A stretch of DNA of 64,000 nucleotides, from the NCBI GenBank assembly GCA_965250305.1, contig CBDFNS010000025.1, forward strand, positions 618,766 through 682,765. Reading direction: 5' to 3'. Made by a program: the position numbers and the translations under genes. Source of the stretch: Candidatus Multivoradales bacterium (lineage in GTDB: Bacteria > Acidobacteriota > Thermoanaerobaculia > Multivoradales > J023). Under the pieces are notes generated by a model. The model did not search any database and had not been told where the DNA came from. It saw only the letters and a program-made list of their open reading frames with translations. This document shows, one piece after another, positions 1 to 10,001 of the stretch (its first letter is position 1; every line of letters begins with the position of its first letter).

Positions 1-2
1 CG

Positions 3-353
3 TTCGCAGTTTCGGCCCGACTGACCAACCTATCGGCCGAGCCAGTGTCCATCTGCACGACAAGGAAGACTACGCTAATTACCAAGAGCGACGGAAGCAT
101 CATTCCGATTGGAGGTGGCCCGTGGACCGATGGCTGCGGCGCCATTTCAATCGACTCTCATTCATCCTACGATCTTGAATTCCACGGGCTGCTTCTGCCC
201 AGCTGGGTCGAGGGATCAACCACTCTACATGCTCGGCTTCGCTTCGTTATTGAACTAGGTCAGTTCTTCCGGCCTGGCAAGCTATACACCCTGACTGCAA
301 CGTGCCCACTCCGTGTAGCCGAACGACCGGCAGGCTCAGGTCTGCCGCATAAC
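3..353 (+). CDS. Possible 3' part of a cassette gene starting upstream of the window (hypothetical protein)
   Basis: Open frame from position 3 that runs into the attC-like site (..PHNQALHWT..); no recognisable motif. Confidence 0.25.
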
Positions 354-421
354 CAGGCACTGCACTGGACAATTCCGCGAGCTTCGCTCGCTCCATTGCC
401 AGTGAGTTTAGGTCGATATGC
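347..421 (+). other. attC-like integron cassette recombination site
   Basis: R'' GCATAAC (347-353), inner arms CACTG(C)ACTGG..CCAGTGAGT, R' GATATGC (415-421; GAT rather than GTT). Confidence 0.6.
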
Positions 422-428
422 GGGCTTA

Positions 429-1733
429 GGGCCGCGGAAAAAAATAATCATCCAGAACCCCTATCTGCTTCGGGCCTGCATTGCTAGAATTCGCCTCATC
501 GCGAACGCTTGGAAGAATCGAATGTAGAGGAAATCGCCTTATGGAAAAATACCGCGTCGCTGCTCAAGGGCAGTGGGCGGCGACAATTCATGGGCGGTGT
601 GGTGAACTTGCTGGGCCGGGGCGGCCAGAGCTTCGCCGAGCGGTTTTTGGGCTGGAACCGCGGCACGATTCGCAAGGGCCAGGCGGAGCTTCAGAGCGGC
701 CAAGCCTTCGAAGAGCGTTTTGGACAACGAGGCAGACGCCGGTCCGAAGAACATCTACCCAATCTACTCGAAGACATCCGCTCGATCGTGGAGCCGTCCG
801 GGCAAGCCGATCCAACTTTCCGTAGTACCCGTATCTACTCGCCGCTCAGCGCGGGAGAGGTGCGGCGACGGTTGCGCACTCACTGCGGCTACAAGGAGGC
901 TGAGTTGCCTTGTACACGCGCGGTGCGGAACAAGCTCAACGACCTCGACTATCGAGTTCGCAAGGTCCGTAAGTGTCTTCCACTGAAGAAGATCCCAGAG
1001 ACGGATGCCATCTTTGAAGAGATCCATAGGATCAACGAAGCGTCTGATCAGAACGAAGGCGTGCTACGGATTTCACTGGACACCAAGGCGACGGTGAAAA
1101 TCGGACCGTTCTCGCGCGGGGGCTACAGTCGACAAGGTGAGAAAGCCTGGGATCACGATTTTCAGCCCCAGGCAACGCTGACGCCGTTTGGGATCCTATT
1201 GCCGCAAACGGGCGACAACCACTTGTGGTTTGGCCACAGCAAGGTCACAGCAGATTTCGTGGTCGACCAGCTGGAGGAGATGGTGCCGAAATGGAAAGAG
1301 CGCTTCGGGCTGCACACGCTGGTGATCAACGCCGACAACGGCCCCGAGACCAACGGTCGTCGTACTCAGTGGTTGAAGCGGCTTGTGGAGCTTGCCGACG
1401 CTCAGCAAATTGCGATCCAGTTGGCCTACTACCCGCCGTACCACAGCAAGTACAACTCCGTGGAACGATTGTGGGGCGTGCTGGAGAACCACTGGCGAGG
1501 CGAGATCCTGGACCGCGTCGACAAAGCCGTCGGTCTGGCGCGCAGTATGACCTATCGGGGCATCCAGCCTACCGTGCGCCAAGTCAAGAAGACCTACCAC
1601 AAGGGCATCTCCGTGGCGAAAAAGCTCATGCAGGGCATCGAAGAACGTCTGGAGCGAACCAAGGGCTTGGAAGCATGGTTCATCAAGATTGAAGCGCAGC
1701 CTCAAACGGGATGATTATTTCTTTCCGCGGCCC
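429..1733 (+). mobile_element. ISAzo13-family insertion sequence
   Basis: Terminal IRs GGGCCGCGGAAAAAAATAATCATCC (429-453) and GGATGATTATTTCTTTCCGCGGCCC (1709-1733), one mismatch, flanked by TA on both sides. Confidence 0.85.
509..1714 (+). CDS. ISAzo13-family DDE transposase
   Basis: Motifs ISLDTKATVKIGPFSRGG, LVINADNGPE, YYPPYHSKYNSVERLWGVLENHW. Confidence 0.9.
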   Translation: MEESNVEEIALWKNTASLLKGSGRRQFMGGVVNLLGRGGQSFAERFLGWNRGTIRKGQAELQSGQAFEERFGQRGRRRSEEHLPNLLEDIRSIVEPSGQADPTFRSTRIYSPLSAGEVRRRLRTHCGYKEAELPCTRAVRNKLNDLDYRVRKVRKCLPLKKIPETDAIFEEIHRINEASDQNEGVLRISLDTKATVKIGPFSRGGYSRQGEKAWDHDFQPQATLTPFGILLPQTGDNHLWFGHSKVTADFVVDQLEEMVPKWKERFGLHTLVINADNGPETNGRRTQWLKRLVELADAQQIAIQLAYYPPYHSKYNSVERLWGVLENHWRGEILDRVDKAVGLARSMTYRGIQPTVRQVKKTYHKGISVAKKLMQGIEERLERTKGLEAWFIKIEAQPQTG

Positions 1734-1744
1734 TAACCTTTGGA

Positions 1745-2392
1745 TTGAAGTGCAGCGACGAGAAGCGAGTGCATTTTGTTCGACTCGCAGAGGAGCAAAT
1801 TCCCAACGAGGTGCGCTTGTATGAGATCCGTAAGCAACACGGGACGAATGCTCTTGAGCGGTGTACGTATGAGAAGGCTAAGACCGAACCAATAATCCGC
1901 AAACCGGCGACGCTGAACAAGGATGGCGATGTTGCCAAAATGAGCGCGCTTGAATTTGCGGCAAAGATGGAGAGACTGATCCGACAAGAGCAATATGGAG
2001 AAGCGTTGTTTCAGCTTGAGGAGAATCTGAAATCTAATCCAGGAGATCCGATTCTTTTACATTTGAAGGGAGTAGCGCATGGTTACGCGAAGGAGCCGCA
2101 CAAGGCACTGGAGTGCTTCAGACAACTTACAATTGATCATCCTGAAGTTGGGCAAGGATGGTATCAAATGTCCTGTGCTCTTGTGGAACTTGGGAGAAAT
2201 GAGGAAGCTATCAGCGTGCTCCGGAAGGCTATTGACCTAGATCCCAATGACGCAAGCATTGCATTCAATTTAGGCGTTCAGCTATACAAGGTCCAACAGG
2301 CGAAGGAAGAGGCATTGGTCCATCTGCGACGTGCGGAACGCTTGGGGCATCGTCGAGCCCGACAGGCAATAGCGGAGGTGGAATCACAATAA
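1745..2392 (+). CDS. Tetratricopeptide repeat protein (start uncertain; ATG 1940 is an alternative)
   Basis: TPR-like helices, e.g. ALVELGRNEEAISVLRKAIDLDPNDASIAFNLG. Confidence 0.7.
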   Translation: MKCSDEKRVHFVRLAEEQIPNEVRLYEIRKQHGTNALERCTYEKAKTEPIIRKPATLNKDGDVAKMSALEFAAKMERLIRQEQYGEALFQLEENLKSNPGDPILLHLKGVAHGYAKEPHKALECFRQLTIDHPEVGQGWYQMSCALVELGRNEEAISVLRKAIDLDPNDASIAFNLGVQLYKVQQAKEEALVHLRRAERLGHRRARQAIAEVESQ

Positions 2393-2701
2393 CCATAAGA
2401 GACGAACAAGCGCATGAAGAGCAACGGCAGACCCGCCCACAATTCGAGTGACCTACCCAAATTCCAACCTTAGGGAGTGTCATGAAATAACTGAGTCAAC
2501 TACTTATCGCTTTGCGCGGATGGATCGTATAGTTCCAGTCGCTATGGAATGAGTGCCGTTTGACACAGCCGTCTCGACCGCTCTGTTAGCACCGGCGAAA
2601 GAGCCGTGTACTTCGCGTGCAAGGTGTCGACCTCCATCCATCATTGATAGATCCACAAGAACTCGAAATCAGTCACATATTTCGTTACAGACCCTAAGGC
2701 C

Positions 2702-3514
2702 TCAAACACCAGTCAGAGGGTGCGACGAGAATATGGCCTCGTGAGCATGACATCGATGGCGAGGATCCGATGGCAATCGGCAGGAGCGCGAAACTTCAAG
2801 GATATGAAAACTGCTATATAACCGTTTAAGATCCGAGTGATTAGCGTTGCTGACAACAACGCAGCATCCCTTCACGGCAAGGCGTGCTGCCACCTCGGCC
2901 AACCGTTCTTGATCCCGCCACGAGAACAACCTCTCGTTGTATCGCCTGAATCCGTTGTTGTCGTGACGCGTCGTATAAGGTGGATCGAAGTAAACTAGGT
3001 CTCCGGATCCAGCTCCCTTGACGATCTCCTCGAAGTCGGCGCAACGCAGCACCGCTGCTTCAAGACAATGGGAAGCATCCAATATTCTCTCCCTGGATAC
3101 TATGCCGCGGTCGTTATAGCCCGCATATGGCACGTTGAATTCTCCCGCCTGATTCACGCGATACATTCCGCCCCAACACGTACGGTTCAGGAAAACGAAC
3201 TGGGCAGCTCTACGATAGAGACTGCGATAGTTTGAACGGCGAATCGCATAAAACTCCTCGGAACAGTTGTTCCATGGCCTCAGATACCTCAGAACTAAGT
3301 CGGGTCGGCTTTGGACAGCGAAAAAAGCTTCTACCAGGCTCTCATTGACATCCCCCAGCACGGCTTTAGAAGGTCCAAGCGCGAAAAAAAGGGCGCCGCC
3401 GCCAAGGAACGGCTCATAATAGGTAGCTCCTTTGGGCAGCGCTAGACGAACTGCGAGCTTCGGAGCTATCCACTGCTTGCCCCCCGGCCATTTCAGAAAA
3501 GGCAGAGTGTTCAT
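2702..3514 (-). CDS. Dam-family (D12 class) DNA N6-adenine methyltransferase, 270 aa
   Basis: FLKWPGGK, EPFLGGGALFF, FLNRTCWGGMYRVN..FNVPY and catalytic DPPY; ATG at 3514 lies 1 nt after the upstream stop. Confidence 0.9.
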   Translation of the reverse strand: MNTLPFLKWPGGKQWIAPKLAVRLALPKGATYYEPFLGGGALFFALGPSKAVLGDVNESLVEAFFAVQSRPDLVLRYLRPWNNCSEEFYAIRRSNYRSLYRRAAQFVFLNRTCWGGMYRVNQAGEFNVPYAGYNDRGIVSRERILDASHCLEAAVLRCADFEEIVKGAGSGDLVYFDPPYTTRHDNNGFRRYNERLFSWRDQERLAEVAARLAVKGCCVVVSNANHSDLKRLYSSFHILEVSRSCRLPSDPRHRCHAHEAIFSSHPLTGV

Positions 3515-3515
3515 C

Positions 3516-6476
3516 TCAAGTACTGTACTTCCCTTTCGGAGGCCGAGCCGGCAAGGAGCTGCGATCAAGAATGTCGTATCTCCAGTACCTTCCGTTCGGC
3601 TCGACGGGAGAATAGGTGTAGCCTTCGGGCCGCTTATAGATGACAGTAGGATAGCCGTGAGTAAGTGCTCGGATCGACAGAGCAAGAGAGTGCGGTTTCG
3701 GGCCGAAGCATAGGTAGAAAGTATTTTCTCTTCCTGGTCGTTCTAGCGCCGCTGATTCAAGAACATGCATGGCCGCCACGGCATCGCCGGCGGGAGCCTC
3801 AAGTTGCTGGCAGGAAGGGACTGCATACCTCTCTAGCAGAGCGCGATTTGCGCCCTGCGCGATCTCTCGATAGTGGAGATCTACTTCCGGTGTCGGCAAG
3901 AGGGTTGAAATGCGATCCGGATCTTCTCTTGCGACGACTCTGGACGAGAACGCGCCTTCAAAACCCAACGAGATCAGGAAAAACTTTCTTCCGCCTGGCT
4001 CATGATGACCACGAAGACCAGGAATGGGAAACACTTCCCATCGACCCTTTGTAAATGGAATATCACGCCCGGAGTCGTCGGGAAGGGCGGCCAATGGGTA
4101 TTGACCCTCCGCATAGAAAACTGTCGCTTCCGCCACCAGGCCAGCTCTTAGGAAATGCGAAAGTAGGCCCAACCAGAAGAATCGCGGCCAGCCTGTTGAG
4201 TCAAGTAGCATCGAAAGTGGGCGTTCTACCTCCCGTGCGGTACGCGCAACGCCCTCGCTCGCTTTTCTTAGTACAGTTTTCCAAGATGATCTCAGGTCGC
4301 CTGGCTCCAAGAGTATTGGCAACTGTTCACCGCTGATTCTGCGCCCATAAGAAAACAAGCGGTGATAGATACCCTCCTGAATCCAGACCTCCTGACCTAC
4401 CCCTCTTCGAAAAAGTCCGGTTGAGCCTCGTTTGGGGTGTTCCGAGGGCCTGGGAAGGCCCGGCTGCGCGTTGGCTTTGCGCAGCTCCGCGTTGATCTTG
4501 CTGCGCTCGGGGTTGGGGACATCGCGGGTGGCGTCTGCGGGCTCGGTGTCGTAGTCCACCAGCGCGTCGAGTGCGAATTCCTCGCGCAGGTACTTGAAGA
4601 AGTTCTCCTGCCGCCAACGATCGAACATGCGGTAGGCGACTTCGATGGTGGAGAGGTCCCGGCGCGAAGTAATGATCGGCGTCTGGTGGCCGTTGTCGCT
4701 CAGGCAGGTGACCTGTCGCAGGAAAACGCGCTGGCGCTTTTTCTTCCGACCATACTCGAGGTAGATACGCTGATCGGCGAGGAGATACTCGAGCTTGCGT
4801 CCGTGGATCGTTTCCTTGATCTGCACGAACGCGCTCAACGGCACCGGGCGAAAAGGGGCCTTGCGATACGTGAGGATATCGAACCTCTCGGCGATGAGCT
4901 TGGCAAATAGCTTTGGGCTCCAGCCCCCACGGTCGAAAACGACGGTAACTCGTCGGTCTCCGAGTAGCTTTCGTACCTCTTTGAGAACGATGGGGAGCAT
5001 CGCTGCGAGCCCTTTGTTGGCCTCGGCTGGAACCACGAAAAGAGGCTCGCTCTGGGCATCATTGATCCAGTAGTCCGTGGTCGCCGGCATGGCGATGCGT
5101 ATCCGTGCCACGTGCGTTTTGGGGATCTCTCGGTCGCCGTGGTAGGCGCGCACATGCCCGTCCACATAGAGGAAGCCCATGGCATGTCCCCGCGTGGCGA
5201 CCCGACGCTGCGCCAAGGCACGGCCAAAGTCGCCAGCCCGGCCATGAGCTGCGAGTCGGGCGAGCTTGTTGCGCAGAGTCTTCACCTCTGGTGCGCGGTC
5301 GAGTCCGAGAATCTGACCCAGCTGGCGAGGTGAGCGTTCCTTGAGCCCTTCGGGTCGCTTGATCCGCAGCAGCGCCATCAAGAGCAGGGTCACCACGGTG
5401 GTGCGCAGCCCGTAGAAGGCAGGCCCGATGCTGCCGTAGATCTCGCGGGCGATGGATAGCACGCCGCTGTCCATGAGTGCAGGAATCGCCAGCAGAGCAC
5501 CGAGGCCTGGGACCTGGGTCGCCGCTCCGAACACCGGTGCCGCATCATTGAGCAGTCCCAGCCTCGCCAGAAGCCGATCGCCAGCGCGATCGGCCGGATC
5601 AAGGTCCAGCGACAAGGGGGCCCGATCCAGGTCGGGCGCCGAAGCGGACAGTTTTGGGTCCGCACCCTCTCGGCCCCCACCGTCGCCGGGATCGAGCGTG
5701 GGATTGGCGTCGGTAAGGGCGTCGTCGGCCAGCCGTTCGCCAGAAGCGGACAGTTTTGGGTCCGCACCCTCTCGGCCCCCACCGTCGCCAGGATCGAGCG
5801 TGGGATTGGCGTCGGTAAGGGCGTCGTTGGCCAGCCGTTCGCCAGAAGCGGACAGTTTTGGGTCCGCACCCTCTCGGCCCCCACCGTCGCCAGGATCGAG
5901 CGTGGGATTGGCGTCGGTAAGGGCGTCGTCGGCCAGCCGTTCGCCAGAAGCGGACAGTTTTGGGTCCGCACCCTCGAAGGGCATCGTCAGCTGCTCTGCC
6001 GGCCGTTCCTTCCAGCCTAGGCGCTTCACGAGCTTGCGGACGGCCTTCTCATTGATACCGAGCCGCCGGGCGATCTCACGATTCGACACACCCTCGGCCT
6101 TCCAGCCATTGACCGCGTCCTCGCGGGCCTGCGGCACCCGCGGCCGTCCCCGTGGAAATCCACGTGGCCGCCCCAAGGCACACAGCCCACCCTCCTCGAA
6201 GCGGCGCTGGTGCCGACGCACAGTGCGAACATCGCAGCCAAAAGCGCGCGCAACCTCGGTCTGCCGTGCCCAGCCCAAATCAACGAGGCACACCATCGCG
6301 TGGGCCTCGCCGGCCTTGTCGCTAGCAGCGAAGTGGGCAAGCGGCAGGCCACAGACAGTCGCAACCTGGTAACCGCCCCTCAGCAGGAGGCGGCAGCGAT
6401 CGTTGATGACCACGATCCCATCGGGAATCCCGGCGTGGTCTGCGAAGAGGACGTTCTCGTCGGCCGTCGGTGCCAT
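3516..6476 (-). CDS. Transposase (HTH + DDE) reading through its IR in frame into the target gene (986-aa chimera)
   Basis: N-terminal HTHs (QTEVARAFGCDVRTV, SNREIARRLGI) and DDE-like YVDGH, VFDRGG, RWRQENFFK; junction ..GQEV|WIQEGIYH.. Confidence 0.75.
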   Translation of the reverse strand: MAPTADENVLFADHAGIPDGIVVINDRCRLLLRGGYQVATVCGLPLAHFAASDKAGEAHAMVCLVDLGWARQTEVARAFGCDVRTVRRHQRRFEEGGLCALGRPRGFPRGRPRVPQAREDAVNGWKAEGVSNREIARRLGINEKAVRKLVKRLGWKERPAEQLTMPFEGADPKLSASGERLADDALTDANPTLDPGDGGGREGADPKLSASGERLANDALTDANPTLDPGDGGGREGADPKLSASGERLADDALTDANPTLDPGDGGGREGADPKLSASAPDLDRAPLSLDLDPADRAGDRLLARLGLLNDAAPVFGAATQVPGLGALLAIPALMDSGVLSIAREIYGSIGPAFYGLRTTVVTLLLMALLRIKRPEGLKERSPRQLGQILGLDRAPEVKTLRNKLARLAAHGRAGDFGRALAQRRVATRGHAMGFLYVDGHVRAYHGDREIPKTHVARIRIAMPATTDYWINDAQSEPLFVVPAEANKGLAAMLPIVLKEVRKLLGDRRVTVVFDRGGWSPKLFAKLIAERFDILTYRKAPFRPVPLSAFVQIKETIHGRKLEYLLADQRIYLEYGRKKKRQRVFLRQVTCLSDNGHQTPIITSRRDLSTIEVAYRMFDRWRQENFFKYLREEFALDALVDYDTEPADATRDVPNPERSKINAELRKANAQPGLPRPSEHPKRGSTGLFRRGVGQEVWIQEGIYHRLFSYGRRISGEQLPILLEPGDLRSSWKTVLRKASEGVARTAREVERPLSMLLDSTGWPRFFWLGLLSHFLRAGLVAEATVFYAEGQYPLAALPDDSGRDIPFTKGRWEVFPIPGLRGHHEPGGRKFFLISLGFEGAFSSRVVAREDPDRISTLLPTPEVDLHYREIAQGANRALLERYAVPSCQQLEAPAGDAVAAMHVLESAALERPGRENTFYLCFGPKPHSLALSIRALTHGYPTVIYKRPEGYTYSPVEPNGRYWRYDILDRSSLPARPPKGKYST

Positions 6477-6586
6477 ACCCGATCATGCATTGGCACAGGG
6501 AAAAAAGCGGACAGTTTTGGGTCCGCACCTACGACAGCGTAGGCCCAGAAAACTCGCCAATTTTAAAGGGTATGTCAGGAGTTCTG
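4384..6586 (-). mobile_element. Unclassified (ISNCY-like) IS with HTH+DDE transposase and 5-bp TSD GAATC
   Basis: IRs CAGACCTCCTGACCTACCC (4384-4402) and GGGTATGTCAGGAGTTCTG (6568-6586), 17/19 match; GAATC at 4379-4383 and 6587-6591. Confidence 0.85.
5641..5975. repeat. 102-bp in-frame tandem repeat (3 full units plus a 29-bp partial) inside the transposase
   Basis: Units start at 5641, 5743, 5845 and 5947; encode a 34-aa repeat (EGADPKLSASGERLADDALTDANPTLDPGDGGGR). Confidence 0.95.
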
Positions 6587-8528
6587 GAATCCCGTCCGGG
6601 TCACTGTCCGACATCTTCACAAGAAACGTCGACCCGACGCGCAGGTCGGTTGCCTGAGTGATACTGCTGCTTCGTAGATCCCAGCTTGGAGATAGGAAAG
6701 CGATGTCATAATGCCTGCCAAGCAGACTGCCGGGATCTGCCTCCAAATAACTCCTCGCAGTCACGAATCCATCAGCGAACTCTGTTTGCAGTTTCATATA
6801 TCACTCGTAGTCGAAGAGCGATGGCTCATTATCGATGATGGGTTGCTTTGCAAGCCGATCGATGGTCCGTCGATATGTGGCTGGGTCTTCTGCCAGGCGG
6901 ATCTGGGTAAGATCACGGATGTCGATCGACATGTCGTAGTAGGCGCCTCGATACGAGAAGTCAAAGCTCGCTGCTAACGATGTGTGTACACGGAATCGAA
7001 ACTCCGATACCGATGAATCAAGGATACGGAGGTAGCCCGTATCTGCGGTCTCTTCGATCAATGCAATGGTTTCGAGGTCGGACGCGGAGCGATATTCTCT
7101 AGGATCAAATACAAAGCGCCCTCGTTCAGATGACCGTAGGGCTTCGGCACCCGTCACATCACCCTGGACAAGGGCGGTGAGTGTTGCCAGACCCTCTACG
7201 AGGCGTTTGGCCTCGCTGGGGGCGCCGACTCCACTAGCTTCTAGAGAGTTGCGCTTTTGGTCGCTTGCCATTCTTAGGGCCTTGGCTTGTTGTCGCCAGT
7301 GTACCCGCTTGCCCTTCAGGATCTGATTTGAGCTTGTCCGAAAAAGGAAGTCCATGAACAAGAGGAAGTCGCGGATGCAGTTGTCACTCATTTGCAGGAA
7401 CATTTCTGCGAACGCGTAGCGAGGTCTCTGCCGAAGCTCCTTGAATAGCACAAGATAGGCAGCTACCATTCGCTTCCTTATCTCACGGCTTTTTTGGGCG
7501 CGACGTCGCCACGCGGGACTATCTGGCCTGGGCAACTGAAGATTCAGTCTTTCAGCTAGGAAGGTCTGGTAGATCGGGGGTGCTTCGCCCTCCTCGCTGG
7601 AGGTAGTGAACAGTGGGGAGTTAGCGAGACCCTGAGATTTCTTCAGCCACTCCTTGGCAGATTCGCTCTCAGCCTTCTTGAGTGCGTCCATCAACAAGAG
7701 GTTCAGATCCAGATGGCCGAGAGTCTCTCCGATGTTGAAGTCTCCGGAGTACTCTGGTTCGTGTGCTCGAAGGCGTACACTGGAAACGCCAATCGCTAGC
7801 TCGCGGAATTCAGAGCCTTTTAACTCATCTATGAGGACTACAAAGCGGTCTGCGTTTTGGAGATCCATTCCTTTACCGAGAAAGGTGCTAGTGGGGTCAG
7901 GCGGTAGCCGTACAAATGAGAGGACTGGAAACACCGGAAACTCGGCGAGGCGAACGATAGTATTCATGGTCTTGATTCCAAACGGACTCAGTGCCTCGCT
8001 CTCGTCGTAACAAACTCTGAAGGACCAGCGCCGCGAGTCCTCGGTGGCGGAGTCACAGTACTCGGCCAACATGCGTCCGACTACTCGCCCCAGGTGGCCT
8101 ATCTGTCCAGACGGGTAGTCTTCTATTAGGCCGGAGAGAGGTTTTTGGCATCGAGAAGACCGGTCCAAACGGACCCTTAGGTTTCTAAGGCGTGTTGCGA
8201 GACCGAGGAGCGTAATGTGACGCCCACGCGGGACCGCGTCCCTTAATTCTGGGAATCTTGCAACGATGGACGCAGTGACACTGTGCTCTGACTCAGGCTC
8301 TCCGACAAAGATCTCGGTGTCAACCAGTTCCACTATAGCTCTGCAAGCGATTTCTAGCCAAGCAAGGTCGAGATAGAGTGCTAAGATTTCTGCACGAGTT
8401 TGATTGGGTATTTCCTGAAGCCATTCATCGAACGACTGCATGGAGAGGGCAGAAATCTTGAGGTAAATTCCCATCTTACGATCCGCGAACGGACCGTTGG
8501 GGAGAACGCTAGCCAAGTTTTCATTAGT

Positions 8529-9820
8529 GGCTCTTCAGGATTTCGAGTGGGTGAAGGTTTCTGGATAGAGGTCCAAGCCACCAAGATGGAAGTAGATGGC
8601 ATTGCGAAAACGCTCTCGGTTGCGAAAGCCCCTTGCTGCTCTTTTCAGACCCTGGATGACGGTGTTGATACCTTCAAGGCGGGCATTGGTGATTCCGAGT
8701 TCGATGGCGTTGAGAATTCCGGTGAGGTGATTCTTGATCGTTTTCGCAGCGCGCTTGATCGGTTCGAGTCGAGAACGAATCGCCCATGAGTAGAAGGCGT
8801 CGAAGACCGTCTGAGCATCGAGCCGATTTCCGGCCTCCCACATCTCCATACCGAGTTCTTTGATCATCCAGGCACGCCCAGTCTTGAGTGCTTTCTTGAT
8901 CAGCTGGTCGAGTTTCACGGCTCGCTCTTCTCCGAGGTGATCCGGGTGGAAGAGCCAAAGGTAGCGTGTGTTCTTCAGACTCTTGTCCCCGACGGCGAAA
9001 AGTGCGCGATTCTCGGCTCGTCGCACTTGATCCACGGCCTTGCCGAGGTGCATGGCAACGTGGAACTTGTCGAATGCGATCTTCTCGTTGGCGTCGGGAA
9101 GAGCGGCTAAAGTGTCCGATATGTACGGTCCCCACATGTCCATGGCGACGCTCTCGATCTGACCCAATTCGCCTTCGCTGAAGCTGTCGTAGTAGGCGCC
9201 AAGGGCTCCCTTCTTATGGCCATCGGTGACGTATTGGACGCATCCGGTCTCCAGATCCGCGACCACCGTCACGTATTCATGCCGCTTCTGGAACGACATC
9301 TCGTCAACGCCTATCCGTCGAGGCACTTTCAAATCACGACGTGCAAGCCCACGCCGGACCGCACGCTCCATCACCCCACTCACCTGGTCCCAAGTGACGT
9401 CGAGCTGCCGCGCCACGGCTGAGATCGTCGCTTCCTGGAGCCAGTCGATGATCAACGCTTCAAAAAGCGCAGTGAAGCCCGAACCTGGATCCGACCACGG
9501 AACGCTCATCGTCTTGACCCCGTGCTCCGGGCAACGAACCCGTGGGACATCGGCGACCAGAATCGTCTTGTACTGGCAGGTCGGGAGGTGCCGCCACCGG
9601 CGCCAACGGCTGTCGTACCGACTGCTCGCCTCTCCACATTCAGGGCACGACAAAGCTTGCTCGCGCCCATGCTCGACAAAAACCTCCACCTCGCCATCAC
9701 CAAGCCGGAGGGATACGTCCGTCACCTTCCAAGGCGCTGAAACGCCAAGGATTTGCCCATATAGGTCGGTATCTCGCATTCACCGAGCCTACACCGACCC
9801 ACCATCTCTCCTGAAGAGCC
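8529..9820 (-). mobile_element. ISL3-family IS, copy 1, with 8-bp TSD TCATTAGT
   Basis: IRs GGCTCTTCAGGA / TCCTGAAGAGCC; TSD at 8521-8528 and 9821-9828. Confidence 0.95.
8535..9779 (-). CDS. ISL3-family transposase
   Basis: Zn finger CPECG..PRVRCPEHG, IGVDE, VAMDMW, FDKFHV, TNARLEGINTVIQ, ARGFRN. Confidence 0.95.
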   Translation of the reverse strand: MRDTDLYGQILGVSAPWKVTDVSLRLGDGEVEVFVEHGREQALSCPECGEASSRYDSRWRRWRHLPTCQYKTILVADVPRVRCPEHGVKTMSVPWSDPGSGFTALFEALIIDWLQEATISAVARQLDVTWDQVSGVMERAVRRGLARRDLKVPRRIGVDEMSFQKRHEYVTVVADLETGCVQYVTDGHKKGALGAYYDSFSEGELGQIESVAMDMWGPYISDTLAALPDANEKIAFDKFHVAMHLGKAVDQVRRAENRALFAVGDKSLKNTRYLWLFHPDHLGEERAVKLDQLIKKALKTGRAWMIKELGMEMWEAGNRLDAQTVFDAFYSWAIRSRLEPIKRAAKTIKNHLTGILNAIELGITNARLEGINTVIQGLKRAARGFRNRERFRNAIYFHLGGLDLYPETFTHSKS

Positions 9821-10001
9821 TCATTAGTCAACCTCTCCTTGACTGAAAGTGCCTTGAGCAGGGTGGTCTTACCGGCGCCGCGCGAACCAACGATGTAGAC
9901 AGGACGTGATGTCTCTAGGATGGAGAGGGCCTTTTGAGACAAGAAGTAGAGTGGGCGTTCTTCATACTCAAACCGATTCTCCGAGAAGGGGGAATGTGGC
10001 T

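Larger units (their letters stand above)
3516..6797 (-). pseudogene. Putative tandem CARF-like (Rossmann-fold) protein split by an IS; reconstructs to 357 aa (6797-6587 + 4378-3516)
   Basis: Removing IS 4384-6586 and one GAATC copy joins ..SDPDGI to QEGIYHRLF.. in frame. Motifs LLDSTGWPR, ISLGFEG and LCFGPKPHSLA resemble two divergent CARF-type repeats (fold call is inference). Confidence 0.65.

Noticed and set aside
2471-2500. TAGGGAGTGTCATGAAATAA resembling an orphan IS end
   Set aside because: No matching second end or transposase found.
3515-3685. N-terminal extension of the methylase ORF (start 3685)
   Set aside because: It overlaps the upstream gene; Dam homology begins at ATG 3514.
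5641-5975. Palindromic repeat with regular spacing resembling a CRISPR array
   Set aside because: The intervening sequences are near-identical, the unit is an in-frame 102-bp coding repeat, and there are no cas genes.
3516-6476. 986-aa ORF as a native multidomain protein
   Set aside because: IRs and the GAATC TSD show it is a transposase/target chimera.
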